This document shows, piece by piece, positions 8,247 to 16,991 of a stretch of DNA of 64,000 nt (the first letter of the stretch is position 1; every line of letters starts with the position of its first letter). A program made the position numbers and the translations under genes. Source of the DNA: a virus (lineage: Duplodnaviria > Caudoviricetes); the IMG/VR virus record IMGVR_UViG_3300036797_000015, positions 9,826 to 73,825 of that record; one strand, given 5' to 3'. Below the pieces are notes generated by a model. That model was given only the letters and a program-made list of their open reading frames with translations. It ran no database searches and was not told the DNA's origin.

Positions 8247-8394
8247 CCTTGGCTTCTGCCCAATCAATGATGGGCCTTGCGGTAAGTGCCCCCACGACCG
8301 CTATGAGCATATATTCCATGCGGCTTTTTGCCAAGAGTGTAGAAGTTGTAATTCTTGGGAATGCGCTATCTGTGGAGGTTGTGCAGATACATGA
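8209..8394 (+). CDS. Small Cys-rich hypothetical protein
   Basis: Multiple CxxC motifs; stop overlaps HAD start. Confidence 0.6.
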   Translation: MSLKQATDHKQDNLGFCPINDGPCGKCPHDRYEHIFHAAFCQECRSCNSWECAICGGCADT

Positions 8395-9026
8395 AACCAG
8401 TAGTAGCAATTGACATCGATGGGACATTAGGAGATTATCATTCCCACTTTTTGCAATTCGCTAGTGGGTGGTACGGTCGGGAGATGCCTGAAGCCTCTAC
8501 CATTAACCCAGGACTGCCCTTACACAAGTTCATGCGTACATCAAAAGCAACCTACCGGCAGTGTAAGCTTGCGTATCGTCAAGGAGGACTTGAACGGTCC
8601 ATGCCTGTCTACACAGGAGCTGCAGAACTTTGCCGAAGCGTGCGAAAAGCTGGCGCGGAACTATGGCTTTGTACCACTCGGCCTTACCTTAAGCTTGACA
8701 CCCAATCCCCAAATACCCGCCACTGGCTGAAACGTAACCAAATACAGTATGACCATATGCTATCGGGACCAAACAAATACCGCGACCTGGTGAAGAATGT
8801 ATACCCACCACGCATAGTATGTGTACTGGATGACCTGCCGGAGATGTGCGAGCAAGCTAAGAGCCTGAACCTGCTACCAGTGCTACGGGACCAACCATAC
8901 AATAGGCACTATATGGTAGCGACTGTAGCAAATATAGAAGTATTCCGCGCAATGAATATGCGGCAAGCACAGGAGATAATCTTGAAGAGAATACAAACAT
9001 GGAAGGCTGATCATGTGGAACGATAA
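8391..9026 (+). CDS. HAD-superfamily phosphatase (5'(3')-deoxyribonucleotidase-like)
   Basis: AIDIDGTL motif I, CTTRP motif II, LDDLPE motif IV. Confidence 0.85.
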   Translation: MKPVVAIDIDGTLGDYHSHFLQFASGWYGREMPEASTINPGLPLHKFMRTSKATYRQCKLAYRQGGLERSMPVYTGAAELCRSVRKAGAELWLCTTRPYLKLDTQSPNTRHWLKRNQIQYDHMLSGPNKYRDLVKNVYPPRIVCVLDDLPEMCEQAKSLNLLPVLRDQPYNRHYMVATVANIEVFRAMNMRQAQEIILKRIQTWKADHVER

Positions 9027-9585
9027 GGGTGTAGACTACCATAATCAGGTTCCTGGCGTACAACCGCACAAATACACGCCTAATATGGATGGCTACTGTA
9101 TGGTCGGCATTGGCGGTGGTGAGATATGTGGAAATAGCGATGGATTAGCACCATACCACATACAAAAATATGATGAGCGTGGCTATCCTGGGCTTGCTAA
9201 GGCAATAAGTGGATCTGTTGCGGGCGTACCACCGTATGAGCCAAAGCCATTGCCTGAAGGCCAAATTCGCGTACAGTCCGTGGACGACGTTGTGGCCGGG
9301 TGTATACGCCTAGAGATAGATGGAGCTATCTCAGAGGATGCGCGCCGAATTGTACTGGAAGTTCTCCCGGCTACCCTAGAGCTATTCCTGCGCAAAAACG
9401 CCGAATATGGTGTAGACGAGTTCAGCCTAGGACCCAAAGCCGAATTTGTCCGTATATGGAACAAAGTCCGCAAATTAAAGGCTGGATTGTGGGATAGCCA
9501 GGAGCTTGAATTTGAGCAGGTTAGTGAGATTCTTGATGATCTTATCGGCCATTTACTACTAGCCCGGTTAGGGCTAATGGGGTAA
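9013..9585 (+). CDS. Nucleotide-modification-associated (Nmad1/DUF1599-like) all-alpha NTP-PPase-fold protein
   Basis: C-terminal LFLRKNAEYG...RIWNKVRKLK...EILDDLIGH pattern. Confidence 0.65.
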   Translation: MWNDKGVDYHNQVPGVQPHKYTPNMDGYCMVGIGGGEICGNSDGLAPYHIQKYDERGYPGLAKAISGSVAGVPPYEPKPLPEGQIRVQSVDDVVAGCIRLEIDGAISEDARRIVLEVLPATLELFLRKNAEYGVDEFSLGPKAEFVRIWNKVRKLKAGLWDSQELEFEQVSEILDDLIGHLLLARLGLMG

Positions 9586-9595
9586 AGTAGTTACT

Positions 9596-10525
9596 ATGGG
9601 AAGTATGACATATGTGTCGCTTCACCACCATACTACCTTCAGCTATGGTGACGGTTATGACTTGCCTAAGAACCACGTTGAGTTCTGTGAAAATGCGGGA
9701 ATGACCGCGATGGCCGTAACCGAGCACGGTAACACTAGCTCGCACCCAGCATTGGAGAAGGCTTGTGAGGGAACCAAAGTCAAACCCATCTTTGGCTTGG
9801 AGGGATATATCGCACCCCCAGGGGAGAAGCGAAAGTGCCACCAGACAATCTTGGCCATGGACCAAATTGGCTACCAGAACCTTAACAGACTCGTTTCCCA
9901 AAGCTGGAGAGACTTCTATCAATGGCCGACGATACACCTAGATCAATTGGAGAAGTACAGTGAAGGACTCATTGTGCTTAGCGGATGCGCAGATTCCCAA
10001 CTATCGTGTACGCTGTTGGGTGGCAAGTATTACGGAGACAAAAGAGACAGTTTCTCAACTGCCGACTTTGCCAATTCCGTTAGGCTTGTGGAATGGTACA
10101 AGAGTGTTTTTGGCGACAGATTCTATCTTGAGTGCCAGAGATTTCCTGGTCTTGGTAGGACTTGTGCGCTCAATCCGGCATTCGAGAAGCTGGGCCGAGA
10201 GTGCGGAGTTGGGCTTGCTGCTACGAGCGATTGTCATTATGTCTTTGCTAGAGACAACGAGATGCAAAAGATTCTTCATGCGGCTCATCGTGGTTCTAGC
10301 GTTGACGCAGTCGCTGCGTCGTGGGAGTACGGAATCACCCTCAACATACCGGATTCCGACGAGCGCGTAATTGACGACCTGAAACAGACCGGGCTATCGG
10401 ACGATGGCGCATACGCAGCATGGATAAATACGAGCCTCATCGCTAATCGTTGTAATGTGAAGCTGCCTAAGGTAGAGCCAATCAAGTACCGCATTGATGA
10501 AAAGGACTTTGCCCCATGGGTATAG
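9596..10525 (+). CDS. dnaE: DNA polymerase III alpha, N-terminal PHP (proofreading) half
   Basis: HHHTTFSYGDG, AVTEHGN, GLEGY, HQT, LSGC, TSDCHY metal ligands. Confidence 0.9.
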   Translation: MGSMTYVSLHHHTTFSYGDGYDLPKNHVEFCENAGMTAMAVTEHGNTSSHPALEKACEGTKVKPIFGLEGYIAPPGEKRKCHQTILAMDQIGYQNLNRLVSQSWRDFYQWPTIHLDQLEKYSEGLIVLSGCADSQLSCTLLGGKYYGDKRDSFSTADFANSVRLVEWYKSVFGDRFYLECQRFPGLGRTCALNPAFEKLGRECGVGLAATSDCHYVFARDNEMQKILHAAHRGSSVDAVAASWEYGITLNIPDSDERVIDDLKQTGLSDDGAYAAWINTSLIANRCNVKLPKVEPIKYRIDEKDFAPWV

Positions 10526-10566
10526 CAATTTGGATTATCGCGGTATGTTGTATTGTTGACACATTC

Positions 10567-10641
10567 ATGAAGTTTGACCATTGGGTGTTGCCTATTTGGC
10601 AAGCTTACAAGCGTCGCAGGTGGCTCAAGCATGGCAAATAA
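10567..10641 (+). CDS. Possible 24-aa micro-ORF (MKFDHWVLPIWQAYKRRRWLKHGK)
   Basis: Open frame in the dnaE gap overlapping the next start; no RBS seen. Confidence 0.3.
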   Translation: MKFDHWVLPIWQAYKRRRWLKHGK

Positions 10642-10822
10642 GCATGAGCTAGCGGATGATGCCACGATTCGCTCTGGCAACGTATACATCGATGTTTGCA
10701 ATATTTGTAACCAAAGACCATCTGTACACTTTGATGACTTCTACGGGTACCATTGTAACTTGTGCCACTTTAAGCACCCGATGCGACGCACTACAAGCCC
10801 GTGGACAGGTGCACCATTATGA
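10631..10822 (+). CDS. Small zinc-finger protein inserted between the dnaE halves
   Basis: CNIC...HCNLCH; its TGA overlaps the ATG of dnaE-C. Confidence 0.65.
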   Translation: MANKHELADDATIRSGNVYIDVCNICNQRPSVHFDDFYGYHCNLCHFKHPMRRTTSPWTGAPL

Positions 10823-13170
10823 CAGCTCCGCAGAAGGATGATGTTGCGGCCAGAGTTGCTAAGCTAGTCGGCGCATACTCGACTGGCTCTGAGCAGATTC
10901 GACTTGGCAAGTCGAGTCCTGAGGCTATAGCACTGTTGCGGAAATGGCTTAACTTTGGTTGGGATTTCCGCATCAAGCGCACTAGGAACGCAAACCTAAT
11001 CAAAAACAAGCAGGAGTATATCAATCGTGTCGAATCTGAACTTGAGCTTATCATCAGTAAAGGCTTTGTTGACTACTTCCTCGTCACCTCTGATATTGTG
11101 CGTTGGGCGAAGGATAACAAAATTCCTGTTGGACCAGCACGCGGATCTGCAGCCGCGAGCGTCGTGTGCTATTTGCTCAGGATCACAGAAGTGGATCCAA
11201 TTCAGCACCCAAACATGCTCTTTGAGCGTTTCATCGACCCGACACGCGAAGAATTGCCCGATATTGACCTCGACTTTGACGACGAGCAACGGTACAAAGT
11301 TTTTCGTTATGCGGCACAAAAGTATGGTGTGGACAATGTCGGACATATTGGGAACTTCACACGATACCGAGGGAAGAACAGTCTAGATGATGTTGCTAGG
11401 GTATACCACATCCCGAAGTGGGAGGTTGAAACTGTCAAAGGCCTCATTATTGAGCGAAGCGGTGGTGACTCCCGCATCTCAGATTCGCTTGAGGACACTT
11501 TCATTACCTTTCAGAAGGCGCAAGATGTACTTGACAGGCATCCTGACTTGGCGAATGCGGTTCGGCTTGAAGGCAATTACCGTGGGATGGGCGTACACGC
11601 CGCGGGATTGGTTATCGCTAACGCACCTATCAATGATTACTGTGCAACGTACACCCGTGAAGTCGCAGGGCGTCCGACGAGTGTCGTGGCTTATGACAAG
11701 AAAGATGCAGCATATCTAGGCTTCCTGAAGCAGGACATACTCGGCCTTGCGACTATGGGTATGGTCGGCCACGCACTGCGAATGATAGGGATGGACCTTG
11801 AAGACCTTTACCGGGTTCCACTTACAGACCCGAAAACTCTGGCAGCTTTCAGACGTAACGATGTTATCGGAATCTTTCAGTTTGAGGGGCGAGCCACGAG
11901 GCTTGTCTGTCGTGATGTCGTACCCGACCACTTCCAACACCTCGCAGATATCAATGCTTTGTCTAGACCTGGGCCACTCTTCTCTGGTATGGCAGCAGCA
12001 TACGTTGATGTTAAACATAGCAGGAAAGAAATTGAACATTATCACCCCATCGTGGATGAGTACACTGCTGGGACGTATGGCCAGATTATATATCAGGAGC
12101 AGGTGCTACGAATAATCCGCGAGCTTGGCGGGTTCCCCATGACCAAAGTCCATGCTATCCGCCAGATTATCTCGCAGAAGCTTGGTGAGGCCCAATTTGA
12201 TAGCATGTACAAGGAGTTTGAGGAAAACGCATGTGCGAAGCACGGTTGTACTCCACAGCAAGCTCGCCGCATTTGGAGGTTCATGGCGACAAGTGCGACA
12301 TACAGCTTCAATATTGCCCATTGTATCTCTTACTCGATGCTGGCATTTTGGCAAATGTGGTTGAAGCAACACCACCCCACTGCCTTCTACGCCGCAGCGT
12401 TACGTAAGACACCTGAAGACAAGAAGACAAATCATGCCAGAAGGAATCGACTGCTTAAAGACGCCAAAAGGCATTCCGTTGAGGTGGTACCACCTGACAT
12501 CCTATGGAGCGAAGCAAATTGGTCTGTCACCGACGACGGTCGTGTGTGTGCCGGGTTTCGACAGATTCCTGGTATCGGGCCAGCTATGTCAAATGCAATA
12601 TTGGATTACTTGGATTCCAAAGACTGGGAGGCCGATCCTGCTTGGGAAGACCTCATTAACATTAAAGGCATCGGCCCCAAGACACTTGAGCGAATAACCA
12701 CTTTCGCTATGGACCCAGACCCGTTTAGCCTGGATCTGATCACAAACATGATGAAGGATTTGCGGGCTAATTTGCGGCCGGGGAACCCATACTACCTGCC
12801 TACGCCAACGCATACATCTGACACGTTACCCAGGGAGGGGAAGCATAACGTAACCTGGTGTGGTATCCCGATGATTCGTGAGTACAAGGATCTAATTGAG
12901 GATGAGCGAGCCAGGACCGGCTTAAGCGTTGAGGAGATTCTTGAAAACACCAAAGACCCGCACCTGTTGAAGTCGTGCGTGTTGAAGTGTATAGATGATG
13001 GCGATGAGGAAGTGTACATACGGTTTAACCGTTGGTACTTCCCCAATTTCGCTGACAAAATAGAAAGTCTGCGCCTAGGTGGAGCAGATGCCGTAATTGT
13101 TGAAGGGATAAAGCGTGAAGGCTTTGGGGTTAGCATACAGGCACGCGACTTGTGGGCAGTTGAGCTATGA
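10819..13170 (+). CDS. dnaE: DNA polymerase III alpha, catalytic C-terminal half
   Basis: GFVDYFL, GPARGSAA, FERF, PDIDLDFD, GVHAAG, YQEQ, YSFN.AH, HhH. Confidence 0.95.
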   Translation: MTAPQKDDVAARVAKLVGAYSTGSEQIRLGKSSPEAIALLRKWLNFGWDFRIKRTRNANLIKNKQEYINRVESELELIISKGFVDYFLVTSDIVRWAKDNKIPVGPARGSAAASVVCYLLRITEVDPIQHPNMLFERFIDPTREELPDIDLDFDDEQRYKVFRYAAQKYGVDNVGHIGNFTRYRGKNSLDDVARVYHIPKWEVETVKGLIIERSGGDSRISDSLEDTFITFQKAQDVLDRHPDLANAVRLEGNYRGMGVHAAGLVIANAPINDYCATYTREVAGRPTSVVAYDKKDAAYLGFLKQDILGLATMGMVGHALRMIGMDLEDLYRVPLTDPKTLAAFRRNDVIGIFQFEGRATRLVCRDVVPDHFQHLADINALSRPGPLFSGMAAAYVDVKHSRKEIEHYHPIVDEYTAGTYGQIIYQEQVLRIIRELGGFPMTKVHAIRQIISQKLGEAQFDSMYKEFEENACAKHGCTPQQARRIWRFMATSATYSFNIAHCISYSMLAFWQMWLKQHHPTAFYAAALRKTPEDKKTNHARRNRLLKDAKRHSVEVVPPDILWSEANWSVTDDGRVCAGFRQIPGIGPAMSNAILDYLDSKDWEADPAWEDLINIKGIGPKTLERITTFAMDPDPFSLDLITNMMKDLRANLRPGNPYYLPTPTHTSDTLPREGKHNVTWCGIPMIREYKDLIEDERARTGLSVEEILENTKDPHLLKSCVLKCIDDGDEEVYIRFNRWYFPNFADKIESLRLGGADAVIVEGIKREGFGVSIQARDLWAVEL

Positions 13171-13445
13171 GTAACCCAGCAGAACGCGCCGCGGACGAGC
13201 AGCAGAAGCGCGACCTTGCCAAGAAAGCTGGCGGGTTTATGGATGCGTTCAAGAAGGCACCGCCGTTTATGTCGGTGTCTGAGTCACTTAAGGCTTCCGG
13301 TGTGAACTATAGAGTCATGCCGGTGATGGTAGGCGACCAGACCGAGGAATGCTTGGTCGTTATCATGAATGAGATGATCGCCGGAGAATGGCGACATATG
13401 ACCGGAGGAATCGAATATGACGGACTCAGACGAGTCGATGAGTGA
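13167..13445 (+). CDS. Hypothetical protein
   Basis: ATGA-coupled ORF. Confidence 0.7.
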   Translation: MSNPAERAADEQQKRDLAKKAGGFMDAFKKAPPFMSVSESLKASGVNYRVMPVMVGDQTEECLVVIMNEMIAGEWRHMTGGIEYDGLRRVDE

Positions 13446-14379
13446 ACCAATACAGGCTTTTATCAGCCGATCTTTAAGGGATAAGCGCACGGAAGGCATC
13501 ACGAAGGATGTGGCATTTAACCGCAAGTCATTCGATGATGGCTATCCACGCAATCCCAAGGATAACCAAACGGTTCAGGTCGGAACTGATGGCATCGAAG
13601 TCAAGCTGGTACAAGGCATCAACGAAGGACAGCTTCAGACTACACTTTCGAGAGCAATTAACGCCACCATCGGGGTGGATCTACATAACCCGCCTGCCGA
13701 AGCAGACTGGGAAGAGATGCTCCAGGGTGGCCTTCAAACTGCGCTGGAGACACAGGTTATTGTCTTTGAAGTCTCCGGTGTTTCCCGCACTTGTACGCAC
13801 CAACTGGTTCGTTCACGTCGCGCTGCGTTTCACCAGCAATCTCAACGGGCACATTACTATGGTGACCATCCCGAGGTCAGGTGTCCGGAATCGGTTTGGG
13901 CTAACGATAGAGCGCGAGAAGCGTATCTGAAGGCAGTAGAGGCTAGTTGGGATGCTTACCGAATCGCATGTGAAGAGAATGTGAGCTACCAAGATGCTAG
14001 GTACACTTTGCCAGAGGCCACCACAAACTACATACTCTGCGAGTACACTATTCGGGAGTTCTTGGACGTTTACGCTTACCGTGCCTGTTCAATGTTCTCC
14101 TGGGAAATTGTATCAGTCATGCGAGCTATGGGCGCAGCTCTTACAGATGCCCACCCGTGGATGAAGAAGTATGTCAAGATCAGCTGCGAGAAAACTAGCG
14201 GTGCTGTTGATCTGGGCAAACTCGGTATGATGGCTGATGCAAGCGTGCCAGAGAATGGATATGCCCACGCGTGTACGTTCCAGGGCTGGGAGGAAGTGGA
14301 CGGACAATGCGACTTCCCGTGGGCCAGGGAGAGCAATCGCACGTTCAGGAGTAAGCAGCATGCTATCAAGCAGAAATGA
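13438..14379 (+). CDS. thyX: Divergent ThyX-like flavin-dependent enzyme
   Basis: FEVSGVSR..THQLVRSRRAAFHQQSQR, ARYTLP; several canonical residues altered. Confidence 0.8.
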   Translation: MSEPIQAFISRSLRDKRTEGITKDVAFNRKSFDDGYPRNPKDNQTVQVGTDGIEVKLVQGINEGQLQTTLSRAINATIGVDLHNPPAEADWEEMLQGGLQTALETQVIVFEVSGVSRTCTHQLVRSRRAAFHQQSQRAHYYGDHPEVRCPESVWANDRAREAYLKAVEASWDAYRIACEENVSYQDARYTLPEATTNYILCEYTIREFLDVYAYRACSMFSWEIVSVMRAMGAALTDAHPWMKKYVKISCEKTSGAVDLGKLGMMADASVPENGYAHACTFQGWEEVDGQCDFPWARESNRTFRSKQHAIKQK

Positions 14380-14558
14380 CATTCGTGATAAGCCAAGGAC
14401 GGGAGTGCCCAGAGTGTGGCAGGATATTTGTACTTGAACATGCCAAATTTCCTGCCCACTTCAAGAATGCAAAGGTAAAGGAATGGTGTGGCCTATCGAA
14501 GAAGCATTACCCAAACATAGTCAAATACAGTAGGTATAACAAGCAACGTTACAAATAA
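14376..14558 (+). CDS. Small zinc-ribbon protein
   Basis: CPECGR...H...C; ATGA coupling. Confidence 0.6.
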   Translation: MTFVISQGRECPECGRIFVLEHAKFPAHFKNAKVKEWCGLSKKHYPNIVKYSRYNKQRYK

Positions 14559-14595
14559 ATCCTTGGCAGGTGCGCCTTGAATCTGTAGAGCCAGA

Positions 14596-15288
14596 TTGGA
14601 GGTGCTGAAAGTGACGGCGGTGAAACAACGTGGTATTACTACAATTGATATCAGCAGGAATAGACGACGGAGGCGTGGGTACGTAAGAGATGAAGAAATC
14701 ACCTACAGAGATGCAACAGTTATCGCCGTCGACCCTGGAGGGACCACTGGTTGGAGCCTTATCCAGGTACCTCCAGAAGCATTATGTGAACCCGATGTCC
14801 CCATCCTGGCAAACATTTGGCAGTTCCAACATGGACAGGTTGATTGCGGCGTCCACAGAGGAAATCTGGCAACCAGTCTCCACCCAGGGATTAGTACAGA
14901 AGGAGAATTTTCAGGTATTTATGACCTTGTTGCATTTATTACCTCATGGCCATCTTCGGCCGTGGTTATTGAGGACTTTGCCCTCAGACAACTTAGAATG
15001 GACCGTGATCTGCTTAGTCCTGTGCGGGTCACCGCCGCAATTGGTTATGAGCTATGGAAAAACGGGCGCGACTACCACGTTCAAACTCCGACCGACGCTA
15101 AACGTGTCTGTACCGATGAACGTCTGAAGGAGTGGAACATGTACGATAGGACTGGCGGCCTTCAGCACGCTAGGGATGCCGATAGACACGCGATACTATT
15201 CCTGCGGAAAGCTAAGGCAAAAGCGTCCTTTAGAGCTCAGGCCTGGCCGCATCTTTTCTCAGAGCGTGGGGCTTACTATAATGGCTAG
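14596..15288 (+). CDS. RuvC-like Holliday junction resolvase (start uncertain)
   Basis: VIAVDPGGTTGW, VVIEDF, HARDADRH. Confidence 0.8.
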   Translation: MEVLKVTAVKQRGITTIDISRNRRRRRGYVRDEEITYRDATVIAVDPGGTTGWSLIQVPPEALCEPDVPILANIWQFQHGQVDCGVHRGNLATSLHPGISTEGEFSGIYDLVAFITSWPSSAVVIEDFALRQLRMDRDLLSPVRVTAAIGYELWKNGRDYHVQTPTDAKRVCTDERLKEWNMYDRTGGLQHARDADRHAILFLRKAKAKASFRAQAWPHLFSERGAYYNG

Positions 15289-15580
15289 GAGTAACAAACA
15301 CGCTCTAGCTGGTTACGCTATTGGTGGAGTCCACAAACGCATTAGAAGAATAAGGGGCCGCTCCAAATCCTACAAATGTGTAGATTGTGGTAATCAAGCG
15401 TGTGATTGGTCATGGATACATAACACCGATCCACTAGACATATTTAACTATGAGCCTAGGTGTAAGAGCTGCCATCAAAAGTACGACAGGTTCGGATTCT
15501 TACCTGGGCATAGTAAAAACAAAGGCACTACCGCTTGGATAAATCGACGTCGTGATGCACTTGGTAGATTCACCTCATGA
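15281..15580 (+). CDS. HNH-like endonuclease (His-Me finger)
   Basis: HKRI..CVDCGNQACDWS..NYEPRCKSCHQKYD. Confidence 0.7.
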   Translation: MARSNKHALAGYAIGGVHKRIRRIRGRSKSYKCVDCGNQACDWSWIHNTDPLDIFNYEPRCKSCHQKYDRFGFLPGHSKNKGTTAWINRRRDALGRFTS

Positions 15581-16155
15581 ACCGACATGCCTTCAGTCAG
15601 AAATGTATACCGGGTTGTACTTGTGGTAGACACAATCGACCTAAATATGGGTCGAACACTACAGAGTGCGAGGCTTGCGGTACCAAGGAAGGCCCATTCG
15701 TCCAAGGCTACTGTCCCAAGCACTACCAGCGCTTTAGGCGTACCGGCGACCCATTCGGTGATGGTAGACGCTTCAACAGTGTAGAGAATACCCGTAACTT
15801 CTGGTGTGTCTGCTCGCATTATAGTGACGACCACAAAGGCGAGAAACGGACAGGTTCGTGCAGGGTAAAGGGTTGTGATTGCAAGAAGCCAACTAAGGTC
15901 AATTTGGAGTACCTTAATGACTGTATGCGGAAGATCAAAGGTCTGGGATTCTTCAACCATACGGCTAAGTTAGCAACTTGCTCGCAATGCCTTGAGCCCA
16001 TACAGATTGGTAGGTGGCACGAACCAGAGACAATCAAACGCGCCTTGTTACATAGACGACGAGATTGCCCCGGGCTGCGTAAGGCTAGAGCGGAAAACAG
16101 TAGCCCGAACCGGACTAATGGAGTAGACTACGATTATGGCCAAATACGGCACTGA
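15577..16155 (+). CDS. Multi-zinc-finger protein
   Basis: CEAC..YCPKHYQRFRRTGDP, CVCSH..H..SC..CDC, CSQC. Confidence 0.7.
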   Translation: MNRHAFSQKCIPGCTCGRHNRPKYGSNTTECEACGTKEGPFVQGYCPKHYQRFRRTGDPFGDGRRFNSVENTRNFWCVCSHYSDDHKGEKRTGSCRVKGCDCKKPTKVNLEYLNDCMRKIKGLGFFNHTAKLATCSQCLEPIQIGRWHEPETIKRALLHRRRDCPGLRKARAENSSPNRTNGVDYDYGQIRH

Positions 16156-16402
16156 CTGGGAGAAGCGCATGGAGCTTGCCCTCAAGGGCGGCCCATACCT
16201 TGGGCATCCTATGCTGCCAATCCCATTGCGGGGTGAAGAGGCACGCACCGAGCGTGTGAGTAGTTATGTTGAGCTTGACTTCCTCAAATTCATGGAGGAA
16301 TACAAAGCCCGTGGCGGGTTTAGGTCAGTCAGCGAAGTGCTGCGACGGCTCGCAATTCTAGGAGCAATGACCGAGGGATACGAGCTACAGGAGGCATCGT
16401 GA
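16136..16402 (+). CDS. Ribbon-helix-helix DNA-binding protein
   Basis: ERVSSYV strand, helix, SVSEVLRRL. Confidence 0.65.
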   Translation: MAKYGTDWEKRMELALKGGPYLGHPMLPIPLRGEEARTERVSSYVELDFLKFMEEYKARGGFRSVSEVLRRLAILGAMTEGYELQEAS

Positions 16403-16662
16403 AGGATCTGGTGATTATGCTTGAGAGTCGCGTAAAGGAAATAGATGATTGGCAACGCGAATCTGACCAAGAGCGTGAGAAATTGATGAGTAGGCTGAAT
16501 GACCTGGATGCCAGGTCACAAGAGGCAGCCCACGATAAGCGTCGCATAAAGGCTGCGATCAAAGCACTTGAAAAAGATACTGATGCAGAGAATAAGTTGG
16601 CTGAAGTATGTGGCGAGCTAGCTGCCCCATCCCCACCATATTGGCCAGGAAATGACCGATGA
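16399..16662 (+). CDS. Coiled-coil hypothetical protein
   Basis: Heptad-rich; GTGA coupling. Confidence 0.65.
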   Translation: MKDLVIMLESRVKEIDDWQRESDQEREKLMSRLNDLDARSQEAAHDKRRIKAAIKALEKDTDAENKLAEVCGELAAPSPPYWPGNDR

Positions 16663-16991
16663 GAAAAGCACTGATGACTTCAACGCTGTACGAGAGACAG
16701 CCGAGATTGCCGAAGCGTTCGACATATACTCGGGTCATGTGTGTGATGGTTGCCCTGGGTGGAAGCCTAGCTGCTGCGTGTTTGAGTATGACCCAAGCGA
16801 AAGCCTCGAATAACTATTGCACCTTAGATAACCCAAGTGCCCCGTACAATTCTATCTGTACTGGCAATGGTACGTGGTGTAACTTAGGCATGCAGTACGT
16901 CTGCTCGCCCATACCGGGTATGCCAGGAACCTGGAACCCAAGAGGCTATACCCCGAGTGGTACCGATGCGACATACCCACTACTACCCTAG
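16659..16991 (+). CDS. Predicted exported Cys-containing protein
   Basis: Basic-hydrophobic leader ending AKA; four Cys in the mature part. Confidence 0.65.
   Translation: MRKALMTSTLYERQPRLPKRSTYTRVMCVMVALGGSLAAACLSMTQAKASNNYCTLDNPSAPYNSICTGNGTWCNLGMQYVCSPIPGMPGTWNPRGYTPSGTDATYPLLP

Noticed and set aside
10526-10818. Split intein or group I intron in dnaE
   Set aside because: No intein terminal residues, no recognisable intron core, and both halves have their own plausible start and stop.
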